Shown: positions 1 to 11,691 of the stretch, one piece after another
Layout: each line of letters begins with the position of its first letter
Numbering within the stretch: the first letter of the stretch is position 1
Source: Monocercomonoides exilis PA203
Taxonomy: Eukaryota; Protista; Preaxostyla
Direction: 5' to 3'
DNA: 64,000 nucleotides
Assembly (NCBI GenBank): GCA_001643675.2
Contig: LSRY02000010.1
Location: 682,001 to 746,000 of the forward strand
The notes under the pieces: model-generated
What the model saw: the letters and a program-made list of their open reading frames with translations, nothing else
The model's database searches: none
Told to the model about the DNA's origin: nothing
Program-made: the position numbers and the translations under genes

Positions 1-3000
1 CAGCCTCACCAACACATCAACAACAACGACAACACCAATGACAATGCAGACATATTCGGGATATTCATCAACATCTTCTTCTTCTTCATCGTCTTCTCGA
101 AACATCACACCACAAACAAAGCAACAGCTCGCTCTTCTTTGCACCACACATCATCAGCGCTGCGATCGTGTGGCGTGTCTCGAAGTGCATCTGCAGCTGA
201 TGCGGGGCAAGTTGAGCTCATCCACACAGGACGAGCGAGAAAGACAGCGCAAAATAGACAGAACAATGCAGCGCCTGATGTCAGGTATTCCTCGCTCCTT
301 CACGTTCTGCAATGTGTCACACAGAGGAAAAGTGTTCTTCCCACTCAGTGCGGTTTCCAAGCTGCAGATGAAGGCGAACAGATTTGACAGAAAAAGAGGC
401 GGAATGGCGTTTGAAGAGGACGAGGAAGATGAGATGGAGCAGGCGCTGTCGTTTCCAGGGAAGATGAAGCTGAACAGAAGATTGAACTCTTCTTCTGCTG
501 CTTCTGCTTCATCAGCACACGATGGATCTTCCGCAGCTTCTAAACTGTTTTCATCATCACAGTCATCATCATCTGTGGTTGTACCCTCAGAATCGTCTGC
601 TTCATCCATCATCACGGACAACTCAACACTTTCACAGGAGTCGGTGTCTGCCGTGCTGAGGCAGCGCGAACGGGCATTTCGCATCCCAATCTCGTTGGGA
701 GGAGCTTATGTTGCTCCGTTTGATGCCTCACATTATGTACTTTGTCTGAGAGATGGCTTGATTGTCGTGCTGACATTGAATGACACGAACTATCAAGAAG
801 AGAGCTATTCATCATTTGCCTCTTCCTCTTCTTCAATGCTGGCTGCCAGGAACAATTCCAACAGACCTGCCGACAAAGGGCAGTGCGGACCAAACGGAAT
901 GATGATGAAACTGTCTGTTGTTGGCGAGTGTGTTCATCCGTCGTGTGTTTGCGTGATCGATCCAAACAAACACTGCAAGCCAGATTGGAACGATTGGATG
1001 GAAAACGACTCGTTCTCTTCTTCGCTCGCTGGCGGATCATCATCAGCCGCGTCTGCAGATCTTTCTTCTCTTTCCTCTTTTTCATCTTCGTTGCATCGAT
1101 ATCTATTTGTTGGCTCGCATTCCTCTGACTCGGTGCTTCTGCGAGCTGAAATGCCTCGTTTGACAGAAGAACAGAAGATGCTCAGCAATCTTCTCTTCCC
1201 ATCGTCTTCATTGGCTCCGCTCCGTCTCACATATGTCGATTCTCTCCCGTCATTTGGCTCAGTAAACTCGACAATTATCGTCCCCAGCACATCCACAACT
1301 CTTCCTCTGTCTTTCCTAAAGGCTCCAACCTCCATCAACACACACATAAACATGGAGCTTTCTTCCGCGCTGCTTCATTCTCCCACAAAAATAGCGTCTT
1401 CACTTCCGCCTCTTACATCACCATTAGTGTCTGTGCATCACGGATTCGCTCGTGTTTACTTCGACTGGCTGCCTTCTCTGAAGAGAGAGGCAGACAAACT
1501 CAAATCGCTCACATATCAACTGCGAAGAGAGCAAAGGAGTGGAGCAACGCCTGAATCTTCTTCGTTCTATTCCGCGTTTCAGTCTTTGCCTCCGTTCTCG
1601 ACCATTCTTCCTTCTCCGTCAACTCCTTTTGCTTCAACGTCCTTCTTTAGACAGTCCCTTCCTTCAGTGTATGCATGTGTTGGATACGGTGCAGAAGGGG
1701 CGTTGGTTCATTTGACTCAGACACTTCCATTGGAAGTTATGTTGACTGCTCCAATGCTCACAATAAAAGCAGCATCTTCTTCTGCATCCAAGTTGAATCA
1801 GAACAAAGCGCATCAATTGGGAATAATCCAACAAGAATCACAGGAGGATGGAGACGAGCAGGATGATGTTGGTCTTTTCAGCCACAGATTCTGCTATCAA
1901 CTGAAAGAACAGATGGAAAGGGAAGAAGAAGTGGTGCGAGCTGACAGAGCTGAAAGCGAGGCGCTGTGGAAAAAGCGCTTGGAAGAGGAGGAGAAGCAGG
2001 AAAGACTTGAAAGGGAAGCAAAGGAAGCTGAAAAAAGCGAAGCTGAGAAATCAGCGCTGACTGATGGAGGAGCAGGAGAAAGTCAAAACGAGAAGAAGGA
2101 GAAGGAGAAGGAGAAAGGAGAGAAAGAACGAGGTGAAGGACATGTTGAACCAGAAGTGTGGGGTGCAACAGATGCAGAAGATAACGATCTTATTGAGCAT
2201 CTTGTGCAGTCGATGAAGAAAGAGAGAGAAGAACAGCATGCAAACAGGCAGAAGGCCAAGACGATGGAAAAGAAAGAGAAGAAGAATAAAGGGAAGAAAG
2301 GGGCAGGTGAGCAGATGAGCGTATCGCTTGATGGAGAAGATGAAGAAGCAAAGGATGTTTTATCAAAGAGAGAGGCTGAAGATTCAGAAAAGACATTTGG
2401 ATTGAAACAGGAAGGAGAGGAAATGGACGCAATTGAAAGTGGAAAAGAACACAAAGGGAGAAGAAGAAAAGGAAGAAGTGCTTCTTTGGAAGAGGCGGAA
2501 GAGAAAGATATGAAAGATGCAGGAGAAGAAGCAGAGCCTTTGGAAGAAGGAAAAGACGAATCGTCTTCAAGCGAAGAGTCAAGCGATGAGCTGAGTGATG
2601 AAGAGGAAGAGGAAGAGGAAGAGGAAGAAGAGGAAGAAATAGCACATGGAACAACACTTATGCCATCTCCTCTTCAATCATCGTTTGTTCCTCGCCACAC
2701 TTTGATGATCCACAAACACATTGGAGATGAGTCATCTTCAGCGGTTCCATCAAAAGCTCGTTCGAAAGACTTGGAGCGCTGCATTGGCTCGTCTATTTAT
2801 GCTCTGTCAGCATTCACAGTTTCCACAACGCCCTCACAACACAACGAAGAGGCTTCTCATTCGCCGTTTCTGTTCATCATTGCTGGCGATGCTGGCGTTG
2901 TTCTTGTGGATTCTGATGGCCAGCTGCTGTGTCAGCAGTTTCTGTCACCTTCAAAGCAAAAAGAAGAGGAACAGAAGAAGGAAGAAGGCAAACAGCTCAC

Positions 3001-6000
3001 TTCTAGCAATGCTTCTGAGACTGCCACTGTAATTAAGGATGAAGCAGATTTGGCTGCAACACTTTCTCTGACTGACGAGAAGAAGCCAAATGTGTCAAAT
3101 GAAAATGTGTCGCTTTTCCCAATTCGCGTGGAAATTAAAGGAGATTATGTGATGTTTTACTGCAGAAAGGAGAGGAAAACCGAAGTTCGAACAGAAATTT
3201 CTTCTTCTCTTGTTGTATTTCGATTGAAAACGCAAATTCTTCCAAACGCTGAGCAAACATCAGAACAGTCAGTTGCATCTTTGCTCTTGCCTGGTGGACA
3301 AAACACTTCATTAGCTTCGACTGGAGGATTTAGTTCATCATCTCAAATAACAAACATTCAGGAAGATTCCTCTCTTTCTCAATACTCCAATCAAAATGAG
3401 CCACCAAGTGTCCTTTCAAAAGCATTTGCTGATCAAGCGTCATCATCACCGTCACCACTGTCTTCATCATTTTCTTCTTCTTCTTCTTCTTCTGGCAGTC
3501 ACGAAGGTTCTTCTTCGCATTTCTCTCTTTCTGCTTTCCTTTCGCATGATGCAGACTCAAAAATTTCTGCTTCAAAGAAGGAATCAGGCTCATTCTATGG
3601 CTCAGCTTCTTCCTCTCCTCCTCCTGCGCCTCAAACGCCTTCATTCACATGTGTGTTTTCATTTGAAAGAGTCAACGTTTCCAGTCTCTTTGAAGCTGCA
3701 ACTGCAACTGCTGCATCAAATTCTGCTTCAGATTCCTCGTTTGTGATGCATCAGCCAAAACTGCAGAGGATAAACCAGCCTTTTGTGACAGCAGCGACAA
3801 TGTTTGTTGACCACACACATTTCTTCACTCGCCATTTGAAGCTGATGCCACACGAAGCTGTCACCAATCTGCAGAACTCTCCTGCAAAATACAGCTCGTC
3901 TGCTAATTCGAATGCTTCCGATACTTCAATTCAGTCTTCTTCATCTTTAGCGTCTTCTGTTTCATTCACCCCAATGCACCGCGCTTCTTCTAATCTCGAG
4001 AATTCTATGCTGCTGTCTCCTTCAACGTTAAACCAAGATTACTCTTCTCTTCCTATTTCACCTGTTTTGTCTTCCTCCACATTGCTTCAGAACTCCTCAA
4101 ATACCACAAGCATGCATCCAATGCCTTCCCCTTATCTGCCAACCTCTGTTTCTGACAGCGACAGCACTTCATCTCAAACACACTCACCTGCTTTGTCTGT
4201 CTCATCACTGCGTTCGCTGACGGGAATGCCTTCTTCCTCTTTCTCTTCCACATCATCTGCCTCACAAAACGAAGGCTACACTCCTTCTGCTCCGCTCCCA
4301 GCTGATCCAAACTTCACTTTTTCTCCTTCTTCATCATCATTGTCTCCTCTTCCTCCAACTTCATCATATCCAAAATGGCTCTCTGGTGCTGTTGAGGCAC
4401 TGCGGGAGCACTCTGCCCGTTGCGGCATGTCAGAAGCACACAGACCAGATGGCTTGAGAGGAATACCTCTTTCGAGTTATCCTCTTCTCTCTTCCACTCA
4501 ACACTCGTCTGCATATCACTCCCCTCTTTTCGCCTCTACTGCCGCTTCATCGTCTTCTTCACTTTCATCGATGTCTTCCACTTCGGTTCCTCTCTCAGCA
4601 CAAGAATCGTCGTCACTCGAACCTTCTCCACTTTCCTTCTCAAGCTCAATTTCTCCACATCATCTCACATCACAACATTCCTCCTCCTCCTCTTCCTCTT
4701 TTTCTTCTTCTGCAAATGATGATATTCCTGCTTTCATTACATACAGACGTCATACGCTTACTCCAACTTCTGTTTTGAATGGCGGAAGCGGTTGGAGTGT
4801 CGTTGCATCGTCTGCCCCACCATTTTCCACGCAGCTCAGTCAAACAGTGCCCAGCAAGCCATCTGTGCGCCATCTCATCCGAAAATGGAAGAAAGAGCTG
4901 CTGAAAGAAGAGAAAGAGGGCAGAATGCTCAGAAGCCACAGCGAAGGAGCAGATGCCGATGGCATTCTGGCTGCTTCAGAGATGCTGCCAAGCGAGTCGC
5001 TGTATTCGTCTTCGCAACAGCCATCTTCTTTGGCGCCTTTGTCGATGAATGTAATGAACAAAGCTGCACTTCCATCTGTTCCATTCACATATCTTGTTCT
5101 TACTCAATGTGACGGCACACTTTTGATGTTCTGTCTCAACACAATGACTGTTGTGGGGACATCTTCTGCTTTCTCTTCGTCTGAGCTGTCTTCGCTCTCA
5201 CAGGAAGACGAAGGAATGAACATGAGAACATCTCAATACACTGCGCAAACAAGACAGTCAAAGAGAATCGAAGAGAATCTTTGCTATTCACTTGCACTTG
5301 TCCACTCCAGTAAGACTGACACATTAATCGACACAGAGCCATCTTCAGATGCATTTTCTGGCTCATATTCTTCTTCAGCTGCAGCTCCATCTCGTTCACT
5401 GCAACTGTCATCTGCACCAAATCCACCACTTCTTGTTGCCTTGATGAGCAACGGAGAAGTCCTCTTTCTCCGTCTATTTTTCGAGAAGACTGATCTTCGC
5501 CCGCTTTTTGTTCAATCAACCTTCGGCAAACTCTCATTTTCCAAGCTTCCCGTTTCGCTTCCACCTCCTTTCCTAACACTCAGACTTCCTGCTGCTGCTG
5601 CTAATTTACTTACGTTATCTTCATCTTCATCGTCGTATGTAACACAAATGAATTTCGCCGCAACGAGTCTTTTCGCACTGCAGCAGCATCATCAATGCCC
5701 TCGCACTTCAGTCATCCCAACTAATCATCTCGATTCATCGACTTCTTACTCAACGCTCTCTTCATTGTCTTCTTCTTCTGTATTTTCGTCTTCATCGCTT
5801 CCTCTTCTCTGTTTTGTGTCTGGATTAACTCCTTTGTTTATCTTCTTGAACAGAGGGTATCCACAGCCATTCCACGTGTCCCCTTCATTTTTCACCCAAT
5901 CGTCTTTCTTTGTTCCTTCCATCACACAAAGGGCTTCTCTTTCAACACTTCCATCACTCTCTTCTGTCATCCCCCTCGATACAATTCACCCACAATCCCA

Positions 6001-8431
6001 ACGACTTCTTTTCCCTTCTCTTTCTGGCTTCGATTCAGATAGCTCATATTCTCATTCATCATCTTCATCAACCTCATTGTCATCACTTTTCTACAATCCA
6101 TCTTCTCCATTTCCTTCGCTTCCTTCGCTCGTTCCACCAATAACTCGTCCACCTCCTGTTCTGGTTGCTTTATCTCCAAATCACCAAGCAACATTATTCA
6201 CTTTGCCACCTCAAACATTCAATTTGCCTTCAGGTGCATCATCTTCACTGGCCTCTCCACAGCTTCCTTTGAATGAGTGGATTGGGAAAAGAATTCCGCT
6301 TCATGCCACGCCTCATCGGGTGGAGCTGCATCGTCCAACGGGAATGCTTATTGTGGTTGTTTCGGTAATGATCCGAAAGACATTTGAGATGATGCAGAAC
6401 GAAATGGAGGAAGATGAAGAAGATGACGATGACAACGATGATGATGACGACGACGACGATTACGATGATAGAAAATATCGAGGTGGGAGAGGAAGGCCAT
6501 CATCTTCTCAGTCAAAATCAGTTGCTGCAAAGCCTGAAAAGAAGAAAAGAAGAAAAGTTGAACTTGTTGATGAAGTCTGCGAATTGCAAGACAAGCAACA
6601 CTCGGGTAGTGACAGTTGGGGAAGAATTCCCAGAAACTCAAATGGAGCTGATCTGAAAGGAGACGAAAGCGACGGAAAATTAGACGAAGCATATGATGAT
6701 GTGGTTGTTGATTTGGACGACCAGTTAAACAGCAGCACTTCGGTTGATACTGAAAGTCGGCGAGTTCAAAAGACGCTTGCCTCTTCCTTGAGAGATGAAA
6801 GCGGAGTTATTCAAACTCAGAACATCCGAAAGAGCGGGTCGCGTGCAACGAACTCTGCGGATGCTGCTGATGAAGCTGCTTCGTCATCTGATTCGTCTGC
6901 TTGTTGGTTTCCAGAATCTCTTCACGAACAGTTTTCTATTATTGCTATTTCGCCTGTTGATTGGACAGTTCAATCAAAGATAACATTAGACGTCGATGAG
7001 CATGTATCTGCCTTTAGCATTGTTCCTCTTCGTTCTGATTACAGCAGATATCCACCTTGCTCTCCCGCTTTTGCTCCGTCTACATCAACTGGCTCAAGAT
7101 TCAACAATATCAGCAACGCTTTTTACTTTTCTTCAAATAACTCAGCAGCAACACTCCACGAACAAACTGCCCGACTTCAAAAGAAGATGGCTGCTAATGC
7201 CTCTTTTAACGATGAGTCAATGCTTACCACTCGCGATATAATTGTCGTTGGAACAACAAAAGTTCGGGGTGAAGAAGTTATTGCTCGTGGAAGAGTTTTA
7301 TTGTTTGATTTGGTTCCAGCTGCTCCTCTGTATGGAATTGCCCCACCTCCATTTGGCAATGAGTCTTCATCGCATTCCACTCCATTGCTTTCCCCATTTT
7401 TATCATCAGCTGCTGTGAAATGGAACTCGTCTCCTTGCTATCGGCTTGTTCATTTACATGAAGCAGCAGAAAAAGCATCAATAACTTGCGTTGCTGGCAT
7501 TCCACAGGGACTTCTTCTTGTGGCAATGAAGCAAAAACTGTTCTGCTATCGATGGGATAGGAACAGGGAGCTGTTAGGCATAGCAATGACTGAAATGGAT
7601 GTGGCGGCGGTAAGCATGAAAGTGTGGCGAAACATCATTTATGTGGGAGACATTGATGGAACATGGTCTGTCGTCGAGTGGCGTGCTGATCAGCGTGCAC
7701 TTACAGTCATGGCGAAAAGTGGCCTGTCAGTAATGGGGAGTGGTGGAGCAACTGGCACTGGATCTATTGGGCGTATTGGAAGTTCAGGAGAATGTGCGTA
7801 TCTTGTGTCTGGATCGTCACAGCGAATGGTTGTTCATGATGAAGAAGGGAACTTAGCAATGATGCAGTTTACTCAAGGAAGCAGAGATACACTCGGAACT
7901 GATATCTTGTTACAGACACACAGCTACCATTTGGGTGGAAGCGGAGCTTCACTGCAGCCTGTTATAGCTTCATACCCTTCGAATGCATCATTTTCTTTGT
8001 CTCAGACCGAACAGTCACATATCGGAACTATCCTGCAAATGCAACAAACAAAGGAAGAAATTCCATTTGTTAATTGCATATCCACTTCTCATAGCGGATC
8101 TTTTTCGAGTGTGGTGTCCATCAATCATCGAGATGTGGTGGCTCAACTTCGATATTTGTCCGAACTGATGACAGCAAACGGTTACTATCTCGGAGGGACA
8201 AACCCAACAGAGTTTCGAGTTGTTGCATTCAGAGGTCAACCAACAAGGCGCAGGCTGGGGCAGAACAATAACTATGATCGTGGCACCGTACTTGATGGCG
8301 AGGTTATTTTAAAGTTTTTGGAGCTGAATTATTCGGAAAGAGAATTGATCGCACAAAAAATGATGATGAAGCAATGTGAGATTGTCATGCTGTTGGATAG
8401 ACTAACATCAATTAACGCATATATTTTGTAG
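1..8431 (+). CDS. CPSF1: Cleavage and polyadenylation specificity factor 160 kDa subunit (CPSF160/Cft1), 5'-partial, inflated by low-complexity inserts
   Basis: The frame is open from the window edge (first ATG at 38) to TAG 8429-8431. Motifs fit the CPSF160/DDB1/SF3B3 propeller family, best CPSF160: YLFVGSHSSDSVLL, ACVGYGAEGAL, IPLHATPHRV, IIVVGTTKVRGEEVIARGRVLLFD, GGTNPTEFR, VLDGEVILKFLELNYSERELIAQKM. Confidence 0.85.
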   Translation, partial: SLTNTSTTTTTPMTMQTYSGYSSTSSSSSSSSRNITPQTKQQLALLCTTHHQRCDRVACLEVHLQLMRGKLSSSTQDERERQRKIDRTMQRLMSGIPRSFTFCNVSHRGKVFFPLSAVSKLQMKANRFDRKRGGMAFEEDEEDEMEQALSFPGKMKLNRRLNSSSAASASSAHDGSSAASKLFSSSQSSSSVVVPSESSASSIITDNSTLSQESVSAVLRQRERAFRIPISLGGAYVAPFDASHYVLCLRDGLIVVLTLNDTNYQEESYSSFASSSSSMLAARNNSNRPADKGQCGPNGMMMKLSVVGECVHPSCVCVIDPNKHCKPDWNDWMENDSFSSSLAGGSSSAASADLSSLSSFSSSLHRYLFVGSHSSDSVLLRAEMPRLTEEQKMLSNLLFPSSSLAPLRLTYVDSLPSFGSVNSTIIVPSTSTTLPLSFLKAPTSINTHINMELSSALLHSPTKIASSLPPLTSPLVSVHHGFARVYFDWLPSLKREADKLKSLTYQLRREQRSGATPESSSFYSAFQSLPPFSTILPSPSTPFASTSFFRQSLPSVYACVGYGAEGALVHLTQTLPLEVMLTAPMLTIKAASSSASKLNQNKAHQLGIIQQESQEDGDEQDDVGLFSHRFCYQLKEQMEREEEVVRADRAESEALWKKRLEEEEKQERLEREAKEAEKSEAEKSALTDGGAGESQNEKKEKEKEKGEKERGEGHVEPEVWGATDAEDNDLIEHLVQSMKKEREEQHANRQKAKTMEKKEKKNKGKKGAGEQMSVSLDGEDEEAKDVLSKREAEDSEKTFGLKQEGEEMDAIESGKEHKGRRRKGRSASLEEAEEKDMKDAGEEAEPLEEGKDESSSSEESSDELSDEEEEEEEEEEEEEIAHGTTLMPSPLQSSFVPRHTLMIHKHIGDESSSAVPSKARSKDLERCIGSSIYALSAFTVSTTPSQHNEEASHSPFLFIIAGDAGVVLVDSDGQLLCQQFLSPSKQKEEEQKKEEGKQLTSSNASETATVIKDEADLAATLSLTDEKKPNVSNENVSLFPIRVEIKGDYVMFYCRKERKTEVRTEISSSLVVFRLKTQILPNAEQTSEQSVASLLLPGGQNTSLASTGGFSSSSQITNIQEDSSLSQYSNQNEPPSVLSKAFADQASSSPSPLSSSFSSSSSSSGSHEGSSSHFSLSAFLSHDADSKISASKKESGSFYGSASSSPPPAPQTPSFTCVFSFERVNVSSLFEAATATAASNSASDSSFVMHQPKLQRINQPFVTAATMFVDHTHFFTRHLKLMPHEAVTNLQNSPAKYSSSANSNASDTSIQSSSSLASSVSFTPMHRASSNLENSMLLSPSTLNQDYSSLPISPVLSSSTLLQNSSNTTSMHPMPSPYLPTSVSDSDSTSSQTHSPALSVSSLRSLTGMPSSSFSSTSSASQNEGYTPSAPLPADPNFTFSPSSSSLSPLPPTSSYPKWLSGAVEALREHSARCGMSEAHRPDGLRGIPLSSYPLLSSTQHSSAYHSPLFASTAASSSSSLSSMSSTSVPLSAQESSSLEPSPLSFSSSISPHHLTSQHSSSSSSSFSSSANDDIPAFITYRRHTLTPTSVLNGGSGWSVVASSAPPFSTQLSQTVPSKPSVRHLIRKWKKELLKEEKEGRMLRSHSEGADADGILAASEMLPSESLYSSSQQPSSLAPLSMNVMNKAALPSVPFTYLVLTQCDGTLLMFCLNTMTVVGTSSAFSSSELSSLSQEDEGMNMRTSQYTAQTRQSKRIEENLCYSLALVHSSKTDTLIDTEPSSDAFSGSYSSSAAAPSRSLQLSSAPNPPLLVALMSNGEVLFLRLFFEKTDLRPLFVQSTFGKLSFSKLPVSLPPPFLTLRLPAAAANLLTLSSSSSSYVTQMNFAATSLFALQQHHQCPRTSVIPTNHLDSSTSYSTLSSLSSSSVFSSSSLPLLCFVSGLTPLFIFLNRGYPQPFHVSPSFFTQSSFFVPSITQRASLSTLPSLSSVIPLDTIHPQSQRLLFPSLSGFDSDSSYSHSSSSSTSLSSLFYNPSSPFPSLPSLVPPITRPPPVLVALSPNHQATLFTLPPQTFNLPSGASSSLASPQLPLNEWIGKRIPLHATPHRVELHRPTGMLIVVVSVMIRKTFEMMQNEMEEDEEDDDDNDDDDDDDDYDDRKYRGGRGRPSSSQSKSVAAKPEKKKRRKVELVDEVCELQDKQHSGSDSWGRIPRNSNGADLKGDESDGKLDEAYDDVVVDLDDQLNSSTSVDTESRRVQKTLASSLRDESGVIQTQNIRKSGSRATNSADAADEAASSSDSSACWFPESLHEQFSIIAISPVDWTVQSKITLDVDEHVSAFSIVPLRSDYSRYPPCSPAFAPSTSTGSRFNNISNAFYFSSNNSAATLHEQTARLQKKMAANASFNDESMLTTRDIIVVGTTKVRGEEVIARGRVLLFDLVPAAPLYGIAPPPFGNESSSHSTPLLSPFLSSAAVKWNSSPCYRLVHLHEAAEKASITCVAGIPQGLLLVAMKQKLFCYRWDRNRELLGIAMTEMDVAAVSMKVWRNIIYVGDIDGTWSVVEWRADQRALTVMAKSGLSVMGSGGATGTGSIGRIGSSGECAYLVSGSSQRMVVHDEEGNLAMMQFTQGSRDTLGTDILLQTHSYHLGGSGASLQPVIASYPSNASFSLSQTEQSHIGTILQMQQTKEEIPFVNCISTSHSGSFSSVVSINHRDVVAQLRYLSELMTANGYYLGGTNPTEFRVVAFRGQPTRRRLGQNNNYDRGTVLDGEVILKFLELNYSERELIAQKMMMKQCEIVMLLDRLTSINAYIL

Positions 8432-9217
8432 TTTTCAGAGCAGTTTCCCTCAAAAATGTACTGATCTGATTTTTGATTAAACCCAACGCGTATCAAGTGC
8501 TTGGAGATTTTTCCCACTAAGAAACTCTGCAAGTGCAACTAAAAAATAAATAATTTTCTTTCTTTTTGATATTTTTAGTTTAAACTCATTCATTCGTTCG
8601 AAAATAGGCTGCTTTTTTTTCACGAATGAATCGTAGAAAAATATACCCCAAAATACAATTTTCTAAAACGCTATTTGTTTATTTTATTCAGCCTAAAGAT
8701 ATTCAAAGTTGTGAAAGTTTTGTGCAAATTGTAACAATGACGGATAGAAGGAAAATAAATTAATAAATATTTATTCTTGTTTTTCGTGTGAGTGTTGTGA
8801 AATGTGAAAAATGTGATGAAGAAATAAAAAATTTTTTTTTGAAAAATGCTTCAATGTTTTTTTTCCAAAAAATGTAACTTAATTGTTGTATTAAAGTTCT
8901 TTGTTCTCAATTGAATAACATTATTGCTACAAGATGCCTCAATGCGTTCTTCTCTCATTAAACCTTTGAAAATTTTTTATTTCTTAAACTCAACTTGATC
9001 AATATATCCATAACAACAAGCCAAAAGAAGATAAAACCTTGTTTATCTTTTTATTATCTTGTCAAAAATTCAAATGCAAAAAATAACTGTGCGAACACTA
9101 TTGATTTTATTCATATTAAACATTTTTATTTTCCAACATTTTCTTTCTTCCAAACACATGCGAATTCGATACGAATAACAAAATTGTGTTGTTTTCTGAA
9201 TGCAATGCATTTCAAAA

Positions 9218-10611
9218 ATGCAGGGGAAGAGCATCTGTAGCAAATTCACTGGCGTGCAATTATTGTTGAGTTTGAGTTCTGGATGACTGTTTTTCTTGAT
9301 TTTTTTCTTGCAGAATCATTTTATGAACTGGAACGCTTCAGCGAGGAAGAGCAGAAACTGAAAATCGAGGAACTAAATAGACTCATGGACGAGATGAACA
9401 TAGAAGAACTTGATTCTATTCTCACAGCAGAGCTTTTCGATAGAGTTGACAAAATGATTGGAGAAAAGAAAATATCTCTGGAAAATGTCATTTGGTTATT
9501 GAAGCATATCGGGTACTGCACTGCAATGGAAAATGTTTGGAATGAAAGCCTTTACACATATTCGTTGTTCAAAAGATTTGAGAATATGATCTTTGATGAA
9601 GAAATGAAAAAAGAAGGAAAGAATGAAAAGCTGATTATTGATCTCTGCGAATGCTATATTTCCATAAATGGCTACATTTCATTTGATTTGCTTTCAGTTT
9701 GCGTGCCTCGTCTTCTGAAAGCTGCATCGATAAAGGATATAAACGAGGCAAAACAAAAAGAAGTGGAAATGGCTTTGATAACGCTGAGACGTTTGAGAAA
9801 TTGCGTATGAGAATTTTTGTTTCGTTTTTCATGCTTTTGTATCTTTCTTGCTTTTGAATAGTACATTGAAAGAAAATTGTATTTGGACGAAATAACAGAG
9901 ATCATCAAGTATCATCAAGAGCATCATAATTTAACTCGGCTTGCCTATCAATCGGCTTGGCAGTTTTTGATCTTGAGATTTTGGAGCGATGGAAGCTTAA
10001 AAGACATTATTGTGAATGAACTGCATTTTGCGAGAGAAGCGACCAGAGAATTGGAGGAGCTTTCAAAGTGTGTGAATTGGAAGAGAGAAGAAGAAACGAA
10101 AGAAGTTCTTGTTTTGATGAGATGGCTCATTACACTGGATTCTTTCTTTTGCTTTTGTCGATCGAGGAATGAAGAATATGCTTTACTAATTGACAGCATT
10201 GTTCAAGTGTTCAGAGCAGCGAAGGCGAATTACATGGAAATTAGCAGAAAATGCATTTGCATATTTGGAAGTGCAGGGAAAAGCAGAGCGATGAAGACTG
10301 ATGACTTATTGAAAGGCAGAGCCATTGATGCTGTTTTGGAGGTGATTCAGCGTCCAATGTTGGATGACGAAATGACATATGAAAGCTTGATGATTTTTAT
10401 GAATGTTTCAAAGAAATTGAAAGAAGAAGAAGTTCAAGGAGAAAAGGGAAAAGAGGAAAGAAAAGTCTTGAAAAGAAAAGTATTTGATAAGATGGAAGAA
10501 GAAGGATTCGAAGATATTATTGTTTGTTTTCATGAAATATTTGGCTTCCTTAACAATAAAAATATATATTCCATGTCACTAGATATTTCAGATTATTTTG
10601 TGAATGTTTGA
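9218..10611 (+). CDS. Lineage-specific multicopy helical-repeat (ARM/HEAT-like) protein, copy 1; exons 9218-9251, 9314-9804, 9862-10611
   Basis: ORFs 9283 and 9877 join in frame across intron gtatga..aatag (9805-9861). Exon 1 MQGKSICSKFT joins ESFYELE via a GC-AG intron (9252-9313). It is collinear with the paralogue at 29288 (shared LLKHxGYC, DLCECY, NLTRLAYQSA, KMEEEG, DISDYFVN). The ARM-like fold is inferred. Confidence 0.75.
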
Positions 10612-11691
10612 GAAAATGAAGCGCTCAAATTTTGTTTCTCTGATGTTCATTTTCTCTTTTTTCATCATTTCTTAAAAATAGAAAACTAACGTTATTGAAA
10701 GCATTTTTTTTATTAAAAAGTATTATTTTTAATCTTACTTCATTTTGATGAGTAAAAGCAGGAAAAAAAATTCAAGTCGAATGATGAAGAAGTGGTTCTT
10801 TTCGTTTTGAGGAAATATTTTTTCCCACAAACTTGACTAATAAAAAATTTTTTGCACAATTCAAAACCATTTCAGTTTCTTCAGATGGAGAATTTTCACT
10901 CATTCATAAAAAACAATTCACAACTGATGGAGGAATCATCAACCTCTTGAAATGATTATTGATCATTAAAAAGGGGAAGCAGATTGAATTTGGAGATTCT
11001 TTGAGACACAAGAGAAGAAGAAGAAATGGAAAGAACTTAATGATAAAAAAGAAGATGCTTTTGACAGAGTGCCTTTCAGTTTTAAAGAGTGAGGAGAAAG
11101 CAAGGAAAATGAAAACTCGGTGAACAATGCTATGCAATGATTTCTCCCGGATTGATGTGTTTTGAATCAATAGTCAGTTTTTTCTTGGTCGTTGACACAC
11201 AAGCGCAAATTTTGGCTCCATTCATTTAAAGAACTGAACAACATAAATACATAATATTTATTGAGTACTGGCTTAATTGTCAATTTGAATGAAAGTGAAT
11301 TGAACGAATCTCTCAAATTTATTAATTAAATATTTTAATTAACACGACAAAACTCGTTAAAAGAGAAGGCAAAATTGAGACAAAAAAAGTGAGATAAATA
11401 TAAATTACCTATAATGAACAAAAAACTGAATTCAACAAAAAACAAGATCAACAAAAAACGATTTAATTGTGAAATGGATTCTTTGCTTTTGAGTGAAATG
11501 AAACATTTCTATTGAAATAAAAAACACATACAATACATAACAAACATAACATGCATACAGAAAACATTACTCACTTCATATCATAATGGATAAATAAATA
11601 TTGACAGAAGCATAAACATAAACATGAATACACACATGAATTGAATAATACAAGAAAAAAAAGATCACAAAAAATGTTATTCGTTTCTCAT

